From assembly GCA_951406725.2 (NCBI GenBank), contig OX597818.1, positions 72,726,001-72,790,000 of the forward strand: a stretch of 64,000 nt of DNA, read 5' to 3'. Made by a program: the position numbers and the translations under genes. The notes beneath the pieces were generated by a model. The model saw only the letters and a list, made by a program, of their open reading frames with translations, was not told the origin of the DNA and ran no database searches. This document shows positions 1 to 13,547 of this stretch, piece by piece. Every line of letters starts with the position of its first letter. Position 1 is the stretch's first letter. Source of the stretch: Octopus vulgaris (Eukaryota).

Positions 1-572
1 ATCCCAGAAGTCAGTAAGATAATGGAAAATGCCCAGAAAAGGGAGGGTGGGGTGACATATTATCAGTTAAAGTGGTCTAAAATAGAAAACAAAGGACATC
101 ACAATGAGATCTAAATGGACATTAAGTGTACGGGGCAATGAATGACAAAATTAATATAGTGTTATTCAATTTTGTATAATAGAAACTAAATTTTTAAACA
201 TTTAGAAAGGGATATGAGGACCAGATTAGATATGAAGGATATATAAAAAGGATATATAAACCAGTTTAAGCCCTAAAAAAGTAGATTACATTTATATAAA
301 ATAGAAGCTTCATAATACTTCATCCTAGCGAACTTTAAGCTGGTCATGTTGAAACCATTTAAGCAATGAGCCCAGATTCCATTCAGAATTCATCCGAGAA
401 AGAGGTAGACATTATCTATTGACTGAAAATCAAGGATCAAAGATGAAAAAATGAGATCATTGTTTCTATGCCAGATAAAATTATTTAAAAAATATGATTG
501 TATAAAAATTCCAGCATTTAAGAAATATCCTAAAGGATGTAAGGATATAAGGAAATATAAAAAAATATGGCC

Positions 573-620
<48 letters not shown>

Positions 621-1475
621 ATTCTAGCACACGATCTCAGATCAAGTCACTCGCTATGCAAGTACATCTCCGTAATATATATATACGCAAAAATATCATA
701 TATGTATATATGTATATATGAAGAATATATTATAATTACAAAATGTAATTATAAATAACTAAAAAATATACATGTAACTACCATACTGTATTATATCTTA
801 CCTTGCTTAACTGCAGAGAAACGTTACAACCCCTCTGCAAATCATAGAATGTTACAGTATATACGATTTTAAATAGGTATACAAAATGCAAAATTCAATA
901 ATATAATATACGGTGATTACACCGTTTTTCCTTCAATTCCAAGATTTCCGCCCTATCAGTCAGAATAGGTATAACTAGGATGTGATATCAGATAGCACGC
1001 CTCCGTCAGGAATGCTCAATACCCACTAGGAACAATATAATTCTACATACAACTATGCTTGCGATACTATATTTTATAAAACCACATCCAATAGTATTCT
1101 CATCTTACTTTATTTCTTAATTTACTTTGTTTGGTAAACCGCGACCTATTCTTATTATTATTTTATTTTATTATTTTCTTTTTTTAATTTTTTCTTACTA
1201 TTCTTATTTCTATTTTTGTCTTTTTTCTCTCCTTATATCCAGTGTGCTTCTTATGGCTTCGACAGTGAAAAGAGTTTTTGACCTTATATTCATTATTTAT
1301 GTCTGTTTTATCATTTCATAAATGCCTTATATACACACACACACACACACATATATATGTATACATACATATATATATAGGCCATTCGACTCACTAAAAC
1401 GAGCAGCCAAACTCAAACCGCTAAATAGTAGTAATTCAGAAATCAAAGGAAAATTAAAAACATTTACCCTTATCA

Positions 1476-1583
1476 TCTTTGGACTATGCATAGTTTCGAC
1501 GTACATTTTGGCAAACCAGCTTAATTAAATTAAATTTAATTTAATTAAATCAATTTACCACTGGCCCGTCTCATCGGCAAAGA
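1476..1583 (-). ncRNA. Inverted copy of the 2012-2119 hammerhead fold
   Basis: Reverse complement of 2012-2119 with core and stems unchanged. Confidence 0.72.
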
Positions 1584-2011
1584 AGCCAGGGGGAATATAT
1601 ATTCCACGAGGCAACAGCATCGATGCCGTTTTAATTTTAATTTTAGGCCATTTTAATTTTCCTTTGATTTCTGAATTACTACTATTTAGCGGTTTGAGTT
1701 TGGCTGCTCGTTTTAGTGAGTCGAATGGCCTATCAAGGCCATTCCTTAATATTATTGTTGAATGTACATTATATAGTCTGTTGACTATTTTTTTTTCTCA
1801 CTAGACCGCTGGTGGCGAAAAAGTTTCTCTTGAATTTTTGCTACCCTGATATTGATTAATTAATGAATATTTGGCTAATTCTGAAATTAAATCAGCAGTT
1901 TATATTTGCTGCTGATAAGTTGGCGCGATGACGGTAGATTTTGAAAGTTTAGAGTATATATTCCCGAGGCATCGATGCTGTTGCCTCGTGGAATATATAT
2001 TCCCCCTGGCT

Positions 2012-2119
2012 TCTTTGCCGATGAGACGGGCCAGTGGTAAATTGATTTAATTAATTTTAATCTAATTTAATTAAGCTGGTTTGCCAAAATGTACGTCGAA
2101 ACTATGCATAGTCCAAAGA
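2012..2119 (+). ncRNA. Type-I hammerhead ribozyme fold (CCGATGA core variant, long loop II)
   Basis: TCTTTG-CCGATGA-GACG[~65 nt]CGTC-GAAA-CTATGCATAG-TC-CAAAGA. Stems I and II pair, stem III is a palindrome, cleavage triplet GUC. Confidence 0.75.
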
Positions 2120-2345
2120 TGATAAGGGTAAATGTTTTTAATTTTCCTTTGATTTCTGAATTACTACTATTTAGCAGTTAGAGTTTGGCTGTTCGTTTTA
2201 GTGAGTCGAATGGCCTATCAAGGCCATTCCTTAATATTATTGTTGAATGTACATTATATAGACTGTTGACTATTTTTTCTTTCTCACTAGACCGCTGGTG
2301 GCGAAAAAATTTCTCTTGAATTTTTGGCTACTCTGATATTGTTTA

Positions 2346-2389
<44 letters not shown>

Positions 2390-4198
2390 GTGTGTGTGAT
2401 TTTTGAAACAGTGAACCAATGAGGTGATATACTTGTCCTTGAGCTTTGACGTCGACGTAAATTCATGTTTAACTATCTTCTTAGATGCAGGAAACGATGT
2501 CATTTGAAATGCAGAGTTTTATTGCCTGATATTGTTCAGAAAATCCTTTGACTGGATGGAAGTGCTTTCTAGAATATCCATAGGATGTTAAGAAGGGGCT
2601 GGTAGTGCTGGAAATATTACCAGCCGCCTGAGCAGCACATACCATGTTTCATTTGAAAATTTTAAACCTCTACAGAAACGATAATTTGTGTTTAGCATAC
2701 CAGTTTGGAAAGAATTATCATTTTTATAAGAATGGAATGGATCATATCTGAAAATAGCTCCAGGAGTGGTGAAGAACGAATTTGTATGTAGTCTGTATCT
2801 GAGACTTCTGTCTAATCATTAAAACATTGATTTAATGATCTAGCATTAAGTGATGCAGCAGGCATTTGCTGATCTTGGGAAAGTCTCATCTCTTTTCAGA
2901 CTCTCGCCTTCGGTTTTCTACAATCCTCCTTGCTTTATACTTATTTCTAGAGAGATTAGATCTTTTTGATGTGGCATATTTTTTCAATATTGTAAGAAAA
3001 AAAAATTATGAACATAGAAATTATACATTGATCCCTATTTTTATAGTATGTTTTTATTTTTGTATGTAGTATAAATTAACCAAATAGAAGCAGATGTTTG
3101 AACCGCTAATTTAAAGGTAAATGCCGCAATAGTTATTATAGAGGAATTTCTTTATATATATATACTAAACACATGTATTAAATGTTAATTTAAGGGTAAA
3201 TAAGTTGTTGTAAACAGCTGTAAATACCTTACAACCTTGCAACTGCTTCATTAATCATTAACTAGTAATTAAACTGCAAATGTGTATTTTTATATACCTT
3301 GGACCTGCCACCTCATTCTTTTTCTTTTTTGTCAATAGTATATCACCACCAACCATTCGTTATATCAGCCATCACATACACTGACACACCATTCTGGTGT
3401 GGTGGCCGTAAAGACGGAGACTTGCTGATGCATTATGTTCTTTAAATTACGATGTAAATTATTCATATATTTCAAATATAATAGAAATAAGATGATTTTA
3501 ATTTTATCACATTAGAATTAAACGTGAAAGAATGAAAGTGGAAGAACATTATAGCCTTATCACATTATAGATGCTAAGCAGCTTTCTTTATGATAGTACA
3601 GATATGATTGATTCACTGAAACGCTACTTTCATTATAGAAACACAGTCACTCCCATAAAGCAACATTTTGAAATTTTTATTGAAATTGAAAGTATGAAAC
3701 TATTTTCACTTTCTAATTAAAGTTGGGCGTTGTAGAGCAGTGTCTTTCAAATACCTATAGCTGGTTGTTGAGATAACGCAGAATATATGTAAATGAAAAT
3801 ATAATTTATTTGGTAGCCCAAAACTTAATGAATAGTTTGATAACTCATACGTCAAAATGGGCAATCAAATTTTGGAATGCATAAGGAACATACACGCGTA
3901 CACACACGCACGCACGAAACACACACACACATACATACACACACACATACATTCTCTCTCTCTTTTTCTCTGCACAGCAGTGTTTAAGGTCAATCTAAGG
4001 CAGAAGGCTTTAGTCTGCAAGCCTTAGTTTCGTTGCTGTGGCTACAGTCCGGATATTTATATATATATATATATATATATTATATATTATATATATAATA
4101 TATGTATTATATATATTATATATTATATATATATATATATCGTATATATATATTATATCATATATATATATTATATATATAAACATATATTATATATA

Positions 4199-4660
4199 AT
4201 CTTACATATTAAAACTGAAAATGTCTGTGTGTGTGTGTGTGTATCGGTATGTCCTCGTTTTGCGCCAAAACGGCTTGACCGATTTTCTTAATCTTCACAC
4301 GCACGTTGCTTATGTGTCTGGGGAGATTTTCAGTATAAATCGATTTCGAAAATGTGTTCGAGTAAACGGCGGAGTAACAACTTTGGATGCAGTTGAACGG
4401 CAGGCGTAATTATTTTACAGCTTCCAATAGAAATAACCCATACCCTCTTTCATAAATTATTTGATAAAAATGAAATTGAATATGGTTTCACCGATACAAT
4501 ATACAACCTAGCGCTGATTGAGATTGAAATCAAGACTTTAGCTTTAGGCGCTAATGTAATGACCACTTTCAGTAATGACCTACTATTCTGCTCCCTGTTG
4601 GTAGGACTGTAAAGTCTACGTTTAAGTTTCCCCTTAACCTAGCAAGTTCACCAACGCCAC
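4199..4660 (+). mobile_element. Possible non-autonomous Helitron-like repeat (5' part)
   Basis: A|TC-TTACATATTAAAA start, then a (TG)n run and AAAACGGCTTGACCGATTTT, resembling invertebrate non-autonomous Helitron heads. No 3' CTAG hairpin confirmed. Confidence 0.3.
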
Positions 4661-4694
<34 letters not shown>

Positions 4695-4765
4695 ATATAT
4701 ATGTGTTATATATATATATTTAAATACATTTGTATATATATATTATATATAAATATTGTATATAT

Positions 4766-4820
<55 letters not shown>

Positions 4821-4825
<5 letters not shown>

Positions 4826-4948
4826 AATTAAGGACTGCACACGAAAAGTGGACAGTCAACATGCTAGATATAGACGTCAAATCGCGAATTGACGTCTATA
4901 TCTAGCATGTTGACTGTCCACTTTTCGTGTGCAGTCCTTAATTGGTAT
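4821..4948. repeat. Perfect 60-bp inverted repeat (fold-back) with an 8-nt loop
   Basis: 4821-4880 is the reverse complement of 4889-4948; abuts (TA)n. Confidence 0.9.
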
Positions 4949-5032
4949 ATATAAATATTTTAATCTTCGGATTCTTTTTTAATATGCTAGACCACTGGTT
5001 CTAATTGATAAATATCAATTTTTACCCTAAAT

Positions 5033-5096
<64 letters not shown>

Positions 5097-5166
5097 AATA
5101 ATAAGGGTAGAAATTGATATGTAAATATGTTTAGAAATATTAAAAATTGTGATACATGCCAGATTG

Positions 5167-5304
5167 AGAGGAATGACCACTAAAGTGGACACCAAATATG
5201 CTAAACATAGATGTAAAATCACCATTACCACGAGTCTCTGTGGTAATGGCGATTTGACGTCTATGTTTAGAATATTAGGTGTCCCCTTTAGTGGTCATTC
5301 CTCT
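5167..5304. repeat. Imperfect ~65-bp inverted repeat related to the 4821-4948 hairpin
   Basis: Arms 5167-5231 and 5240-5304; shares AAGTGGACA..ATGCTA..ATAGA(C/T)GT.AAATC with the first hairpin. Confidence 0.8.
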
Positions 5305-5354
5305 TAAATATATATCTTGTATATAAATATATATATATGATATATAAATATTGT

Positions 5355-5410
<56 letters not shown>

Positions 5411-5486
5411 CTTCTTTATTGTATATATATAAATTACGTATATTAGATATATAATTTATATATATATATCTTATATATATATAATG

Positions 5487-5534
<48 letters not shown>

Positions 5535-5586
5535 TATATTTTATATAAATATATAAGTATATATAAATTGCATACATATACATATG

Positions 5587-5668
<82 letters not shown>

Positions 5669-6362
5669 TCGTTGTGACAAGACACTTTATATACCTCCCG
5701 TCAATAACTTTTCACAACTCCCGTCAGTAGCCAAAGAAGCATATTTCAACTCAACCCAACATAAACTCTCCTTGTTTTTAATCTCAAAACTTTTGAATTC
5801 TATAATCCTAATATTCTACTTTTTTACTACCATCGGAGGATTAATTTATACAAATCTATATACAACCTGGAGAAAGAAACATAAACCAAAACTAAACCCC
5901 AAACTAGTTCTAAAACTAGTCTCGTGAGTACAATTCTTCTTCCTTTTTTCTTGATCTGTATTAAACACACCACTCATCCTGATTGTACTATATACACAGA
6001 GCTCTCCCACACACAAGCCACGCATTTCCGAGTATATCGACACAAACTTTTCAACGGCATATTCACTATTTTACATCAAGCCATCAATAACTGGTGTACA
6101 TATACATATACACGCGTACACATACATATATATATTACACAATACTGTCCCACTGAATATGGCCAATGATATTCAAAAACACCACTGGGTTGAAAATGAA
6201 ATTACTGCAATGATAAACGCGTGGTTCATTCATCACAATGAAGCTAATGTCTACAGTTAAATACCTGAGGACTTAACGAAACAATCCATTTACAGATCTG
6301 TAAAACAGATCGAAAACAAAATAAAAGAGATTAAAAGAATATTTCCTATTTTCCACGCGCAC

Positions 6363-7391
6363 ATGGCTACACTAGAAACCATTCTTGCCAATGAATGCAG
6401 TGCACCAAATGACCAAATTCCAACAGGCCAGGGGACACCTCAAAAGCAACAAACAACTGACCTAATTCCATTGGAGCCAGCACCTGACGAACCAAGTCAA
6501 GTTTCACTGTTGCTACAACAACAACACTCTGCTACAAGTCAAGTTTCACTGTTGCTACAACAACAACAACACTCTGCTACAAGTCAAGTTTCACTGTTGC
6601 TACAGCAATAACAACAACAACATTCTAATACTACTGCTACTACAGCCAGAATAGAAAAACCACTACTACACCCACATAAAATAAACCGCCGTTACTATTC
6701 TCAATACAGTTGTAGATTTGGCCCCATTCTGGCAAGCCAGAACCCACTATCACAAAAACAACAACCTGCTTCTGACACTACATTGAAACAACAACACTCT
6801 GATACTGCTACTACAGCCAGAATAGAAAAACCACTACTACACCCACATAAAACACCCTGCCGTTACTACTCTAAAGGCAACTGTAGATTTGGCCCCAGCG
6901 GCACAAACAACAACGGACGCTGTGCTTTTTCCCATCCTACCTTATGTGGTAGACTTGTTAAGGGCACCTGTCCATATGGTATAACGGGAAAAAACTAGCC
7001 CCACCTCCACCCCAAATACTGTTCTAAATACAGAGTTCATGGTCCTGATCCTAAATACGGATGCACAAAAGGCAATGGATGCACCTTATTCCATCCTAAA
7101 CTGTGCCAAACTTCTGTGTCCCCTCCTACAATCAAACAACGTAGACAGAACCATGAAAAATCACCAAATAACGCCAATATGAAATATGTATCATCTGACC
7201 AAGTGGCAAACCAAAGAGGTAACTCTTTTTTACTGACATACCTAGAAAATATGAAGGCCGACCTAAGCCAGGAGATCAAACGAGCTATCAGCAACCACCT
7301 ATGCAAATCACAAGGACCACACGCCCATTACCAACAAGAAAATCATACACACACAGCTCCATACAAGAACTACCCACATTGTTACCACTGA
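6363..7391 (+). pseudogene. LINE ORF1 remnant with Gln-rich repeats and tandem CCCH-type zinc fingers
   Basis: CRYYSKGNCRFG..CAFSHP, CGRLVKGTCPYG..(stop)PHLHP, C..GCTKGNGCTLFHPKLC; interrupted by stops. Confidence 0.65.
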
Positions 7392-10350
7392 ACAACATAA
7401 AACATAACTTAGAACAATGCAAACATCAACCTTCCCTTACCTCGACATTCCTGTTAAATGTACGTGGCATCAACCCATCAAATACTGCCCAAAAATGGAA
7501 GATCCCATATATAGAGAATTGGCTTGCCGAAACGGCACATTGCTTCCCTTTCTTTATCCTTACAGAGACTCACCTGAACAACACTCATAAGGACGCCGAG
7601 GTGAAAATAAAAGATTTCACCATTGTTCGTGCGGATCGCGCAGACCGAAATAAGGGAGGGACAGCCATCTTTATCCATGACTCCTTTTCACTTGATGCCA
7701 AGGACATATTTTCCAATGGCTACTGTGAATCGGTATCACTATTCAGCCAGGCCAAGGACATAATCAGTGTTGGTCTTTACAGGCCTCCCCAGGCACCTCT
7801 AAAGTGCTTTGAAGAGTGCCTTAGCAAAGTCAAGTCCTTCCTTCGGAAGTACGACTCCGGAAACATACTAGTGATGGGTGATTTTAACCTCCCTCATGTG
7901 AACTGGCCCACAAATACTCTGAAGTTAGGCAAGTGCTCTACATCAGATAGAGCAGCAGCAGAACTGCTCTTTAATCTGATGGATGAATACTTCCTGATTC
8001 AGCTAGTGCTCGAACCAACGAGGCAGAATAAAACGACCTTGGATCTGGTATTGACCAATGAATCTAGCTTCGTTCACAGTATTTCAGTTGAAAAAACTCT
8101 CCTCTCAGACCACGACATGGTACTCTGCAATTTTAATTCCCGACATATAAAAACCAAACCAGCCACTCTCACTCCATGGCACCCATTTGACAACATAAAC
8201 TTCCACAAAGCGGACTGGGGAGCAATGAGAAAGGATTTGTCTTCCATCGACTGGTCTTTTACTCTCAATTCCTCCCATATTGAGACCGCGTGGCAGCACT
8301 TTGAAAACATTGTCACCTATACATGCTCTAAACACGCTCCCACGAAATCTAACACAAACAGAAACCGGCTCCCTAAAAAGAAAAAAAAAACACTCATTAG
8401 GCGTATCAAAAGACTCAACAAAAAAATCAACCAATTAAAATATTCCCTAACACAACATCTACATTCTACAACAATGAAAAGGATAGAGCTGGAAAAACTT
8501 CATCTGCAGACCGACATGAAAACCTCCATTGAAAATCAAAGAGCTGTGGAGGAACAGTGGGCAATCAAAAACATCAAACAGAACCCAAAAGTGTTCTATT
8601 CTTATGCAAATAAGCATAGAACCACTGTCTCACCCATTGGGCCATTGATTGATGATAACGGCATTCCCCAACACGATGCTAAAGTAATGGCAGAAATACT
8701 GCAGAAACAATACTGCTCTGTCTTTAGTGTTCCCACTGATATTGACGTAAGAGAAGCGAACGAAGTTGACTCCCAACACAAAATCTCAGACATAACCTTC
8801 ACTGCCACTGACATCGTAGCAGCAATAAATGAGGTCAAATACTACTCTGCTGTAGGCCCTGATAGATTCCCCGCTAGTCTCCTGAAGGAATGTAGACACC
8901 AACTTGCAGTCCCTCTGACCAACCTCTGGAGAAATTCGTTAGACGCAGGTTATATACCGAAACAGTTTCTATCCCAGTCGGTCATCCCGGTTTTCAAACA
9001 GGGAAACAGATCCCTCGCAGTCAACTATCGTCCAATCTCACTCACCTCCCACATCATTAAAGTGTTTGAAAGAGTGTTAAGGTCAAGGATAGCTGACTTC
9101 CTGGAGACTCACAAACTCCTAAATGCAAATCAGCATGGCTTTCTCTGTGGCAGGGACTGTCTAACACAGCTCTTACACCACATTGAAGATGTACTCAAAG
9201 CCTTGGAAACAGGTTCGAACTCTGACGCCATATATTTTGAATTCAGTAAAGCGTCGACAGGGTAGACCATAATATCCTACTCTCAAAATTGGCAAATGTT
9301 GGAATCCGTGGAAAACTTCTACACTGGATTAAGTATTTCCTGGCAAATAGAACACAACATGTTGTAGTTGATGGAGTCCACTCAAGCCCAGCAAAAGTCA
9401 CCAGCGGTGTTCCCCAGGGGACTGTCTTGGGTCCGCTACTCTTCATAATTTACATAAACGACCTTTCCAGTGTCGTACATTACTGCAAAGTGAAAATACT
9501 TGCTGATGACACTAAGCTCCAGCAAATCGTCAATGAAGAAGCAGACCGAACTCAACTCCAGTCTGATCTATATGCTGTGAGTCAATGGGCAGACAGAAAC
9601 AAAATGCAACTGAATGAGGGAAAATTTGAGCTGATGCATTTTGGAAGAAATTCCTCACTAAAACAGCCATACTCTTTTCCTTCAGGGGAACCACTCACAT
9701 CCTCTAACAATATCAGAGACCTGGGTGTAATTGTTGATGACGATCTCAGTTGGAGTGCACACATCAACAAGAAGGTCGATATAGCTCGTAGGATGAGTCC
9801 CTGGATCTTAAGAACTATCCGGTTCAGAGAACAAGGTGTCATCATACCACTTTTCTCCTCCTTTGTACGGCCACGCCTTGAATATTGCTGCCCACTGTGG
9901 TCTCCCCATACAAGACAAAACATCTCGAGGATTAAGTCACCCCAGAGGGCACTCACTCGATTATTGGGATCGCCTTAAAGCCTTGAAACTTTACTCTCTC
10001 CAGCGTCGCCGTGAGCGGTACATCATTTGTACAATGTGGAGAATATACCGCCAACTTTGCCCAAACGACCTTAACATTAGCTTCAAGGTTCATCCAAGAC
10101 TGGGACCACGGGCCATACGTCCCCTGCCCAATTCAAGATAACAGCATACATGTACACTGCAACATAATTTCTTTTCCCCAACAGGCCCTGCCCTATTTAA
10201 CATTGTCCCGAGGGAGATCAAAGAGGAAAAGGATCCCATCAACTTTAAACGGAGTCTGGATAGATTCCTTCAAAGAATACCAGATAAGCCACCCATAATT
10301 GGATACAACTCACCCAACAAGAACTCACTATTTGAATGGACCATAAACGA
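7301..10350 (+). pseudogene. LINE ORF2: APE endonuclease + reverse transcriptase, frameshifted
   Basis: APE motifs LLNVRG, LTETHL, GLYRPP, MGDFN, LDLVL, SDH. RT motifs YRPISLTS, QHGF, GVPQGTVLGPLLFIIYIND, LADDTK. Frameshift at ~9255 (KAFD motif), deletion/frameshift at ~9955. Confidence 0.9.
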
Positions 10351-10758
10351 AACTTGACTTAAACAGGATTCGAATAATCCTATCAGGTGGTGCTATTAAG
10401 TTATGCTCGTCTGGAAGCGGTAAGAACAAGAGATCCAGTTTTATTTTAAAGACACTTACATCCACACCATGCAGGTCTCTCAGGTATTTTGGAAAGATTT
10501 TAATGATGTGTGGGCTCTTGAAACATATAGTCAATCCAAACATGAACAAGCATGCAAAGACAACAACGCGAGGATATTGAATAAGTATAGTGTTCTTGGA
10601 CGCTCTAGAAAGGAAAGAAAAGAAAGACGACTTCACGTCACGAGGGGAGTTCTTCATCAGAAATATAGAAAAAGTCCTAAGAAAGGAAGACGGAGAGGGA
10701 GAATCTCCAACGATACACTTGCGGTCACATATAGAAATGGATATATATATATATATGG

Positions 10759-10816
<58 letters not shown>

Positions 10817-10880
10817 AAAATTAAAAAAAAAATTTAATTATATAAATATATATATATATATATATATTTACATATACATA

Positions 10881-10933
<53 letters not shown>

Positions 10934-10938
10934 GTATA

Positions 10939-10995
<57 letters not shown>

Positions 10996-11062
10996 TCCCG
11001 GGTTGAGTCGGGGTTAACCACAGTCAATAAGGTACTCAATATATAGCAGAGTAAATTAATTT

Positions 11063-11157
11063 ATTTTATAGAAGGAGCTTCTACAGGACTAGAACTGTTT
11101 CATTCAAAAGAAATCCTTTTGAATGAAACAGTTCTAGTCCTGTAGAACTCCTTCTAT

Positions 11158-11162
<5 letters not shown>
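11063..11162. repeat. Near-perfect ~47-bp inverted repeat between (TA)n tracts
   Basis: 11063-11110 vs 11116-11162, 5-nt loop, one indel. Confidence 0.85.
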
Positions 11163-11199
<37 letters not shown>

Positions 11200-11201
<2 letters not shown>

Positions 11202-12023
11202 TGAGAAAGTTGGTGTGTGAAAGCACGTGGTTGAATATATGGAAAATAGTAAAAAGTGAAAAAACTACAGAAGGCTTGTTTTAAAAGGTTAAAAAATATA
11301 TATTTGAGTCATTATGTCAGAAGAATGTTATAAATTTTTTTCATACAATGACATAGTTTTTGAAGAAATGACCGGTTTCGCGTTCAGCTTTTCAAATTTC
11401 TTACATTGTTATGTTTTCGTTGAGAAGTATAAAGGGGAGTTCCAGGTAAGGGGAGGTAATAAGTGATTTCTTCCGGTGTAAGGTGGGGTCCACAGGACAA
11501 TAACTCAGACGTAGATGCACACTGCATCGACAACAGATTGCATTCCCAGAATACAGAATGATACCCTTTAGTGAGCACATTGAGAAATGCGCAAAGCAAC
11601 TACTACCACAATTTTTAATATTTCCATTTTACCAATGTACTATCGGAACACCAACACAAATTAGACTAAACAAGGAAACATTCTTCATTGAAAAATATAA
11701 GCCCAAACTTAACCACTCCAACATTCTTATACAGAGAAACTCACCCCGCCCCCCAAAAAAAGCAAGAAATATTAAGCTATTATCTCCCTTACACCGGAAG
11801 AAATCACTTATTACCTCCCCTTACCTGGAACTCTACTTTACACTTCTCAACGAAAACATAACGATGTAAGAAATTTGAAAAGCTGAACGCGAAACCGGTC
11901 ATTTCTTCAAAAATTATGTCATTGTATGAAAAAAATTTATAACATTCTTCTGACATAATGACTCAAATATATATTTTTTAACCTTTTAAAACAAGCCTTC
12001 TGTAGTTTTTTCACTTTTTACTA

Positions 12024-12028
<5 letters not shown>
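11200..12028 (+). mobile_element. 5'-truncated Penelope-like element: GIY-YIG C-terminus between inverted ~240-bp pseudo-LTRs
   Basis: Arms 11242-11483 and 11787-12028 are inverted. The centre encodes GQ*LRRRCTLHRQQI..FSEH..RLNKETFFIEKYKPKLN. Microsatellite flanks. Confidence 0.8.
11868..11907 (+). ncRNA. Minimal type-I hammerhead, U3/A8 core variant (inverted copy at 11363-11402, minus strand)
   Basis: AAGAAAT-TTGAAAA-GC tgaac GC-GAAA-CCGG-TC-ATTTCTT; 7-bp stem I, palindromic stem III, GUC site. Confidence 0.7.
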
Positions 12029-12096
<68 letters not shown>

Positions 12097-12119
12097 TATA
12101 TGTGTGTGTGCGCGCGTGT

Positions 12120-12345
12120 GTTTGTGTGAGTGTATATATTTGTGTGTCTGTTTTTGTTCCCCCAACATCGCTTAACAACCGATGCTGATGTGTTTACGTC
12201 CACGTAACTTAGCGGCAAAGAGACCGATAGAATAAGTACTAGGCTTACAAAGAATAAGTCCTGTGGTCGAGTTGCTCAACTACATGCGGTGCTCCAGCAT
12301 GGCCACAGTGAAATGACTGAAACATATAAAAGAGTAAAAGAGTGT
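12120..12345 (+). mobile_element. tRNA-derived SINE family 1, 3' part
   Basis: Homologous to 42385-42772; ends in a GTAAAAGA repeat tail. Confidence 0.75.
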
Positions 12346-12354
12346 ATACTTCTA

Positions 12355-12393
<39 letters not shown>

Positions 12394-12500
12394 GAATATT
12401 AAACATATGTATCAATATATATATAGTATATACATATATATAATATATTTATATTATATATCCATATACATACATATATACACATATATTCTATTCTATG

Positions 12501-12573
<73 letters not shown>

Positions 12574-12576
12574 TAT

Positions 12577-13112
12577 ATATAACCGGTGGGTAAATTAATG
12601 CCATTTTCCACTATGAATTTTATGCATGCGCAAGGTTTGTTTTTGATTTAGTCGAGTATATAATATCGTACGTTTAGCTGGTCAACGTCTTTGAGAAAAA
12701 CAGCACCATGAGGGAATTCACTCTGCTATTATTGTGAAGCGATATGCAGTGCTGCTCGGAATCCCTGCCGGAAACTCCAATACAAACAGTTCAAATTGTC
12801 GGGTGTCAATCTGAGTCCGCAAAACCTATATCGAGAGAGAGATAAACATATAACAAATAGTCAACATTATGTTGTTTGGAGTGAGCAGTAGTGATGTCGA
12901 TGTTTTGGTTCCCTTCATCATCTCACCTGCCCTCAGTCAACATGGAAGCCCATAGGAGAACACAGTCATGACTGTCAGACAATTTTTGCGTCCACATCAC
13001 CCCAAACATCTGGCCACCTAACTCCCCAGAATGTGACCCCATGGATTATTACGTGTGTGGAGCATTTGAGCTAGAGACTAACAAAACTACTTGTAACACC
13101 AAAGATGAACTC
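12577..13112 (+). mobile_element. Degenerate IS630-Tc1-mariner transposon remnant
   Basis: [25 protein letters not shown] resembles the WPxxSPDLNPxD motif. Confidence 0.55.
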
Positions 13113-13117
13113 ACACA

Positions 13118-13196
<79 letters not shown>

Positions 13197-13197
13197 A

Positions 13198-13292
<95 letters not shown>

Positions 13293-13508
13293 TAAGCGTT
13301 GCTTATTCACAATTTTACAACCGGAAGGCAGAAATTTATACATCAGTGAGGATCCTAAGGGCGCTAGTCAACAGCAGTTTTGCTAGAAGTAGAAGATAAA
13401 ACAACTCATTGCTATAAGAAAGCATTTAGCTTAATGACTGAGAAGGGAGGCAACGTCCCTGCACACACACACACAAACACAAACACACACACACACACAC
13501 ACACACAC

Positions 13509-13547
<39 letters not shown>

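Larger units (their letters stand above)
1378..2350 (+). mobile_element. Non-coding hammerhead-bearing element in a (TA)n tract: ~1.4 direct copies of a 485-bp unit plus an inverted 5' segment (PLE pseudo-LTR/retrozyme-like)
   Basis: ~1652-1860 repeats at ~2137-2345 (period 485). 1378-1628 is the reverse complement of ~1968-2217. TA/CA microsatellites on both sides. Confidence 0.7.
5668..10400 (+). mobile_element. Near full-length, inactivated CR1/L2-group LINE
   Basis: Starts right after (TA)n. ORF1 region has CCCH fingers, ORF2 has APE + RT and the typical C-terminal SLQRRRER motif. Several stops and frameshifts; ends approximate. Confidence 0.88.

Noticed and set aside
1-566. Possible retroelement coding remnant at the window start (also 2400-2980 and 26900-27200)
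   Set aside because: They look like decayed coding sequence, but no diagnostic motif could be read.
934-1015. Decayed hammerhead-like arrangement on the minus strand (CTGACGG..GAAA)
   Set aside because: A9 is missing and stem II is poorly paired; too weak to call.
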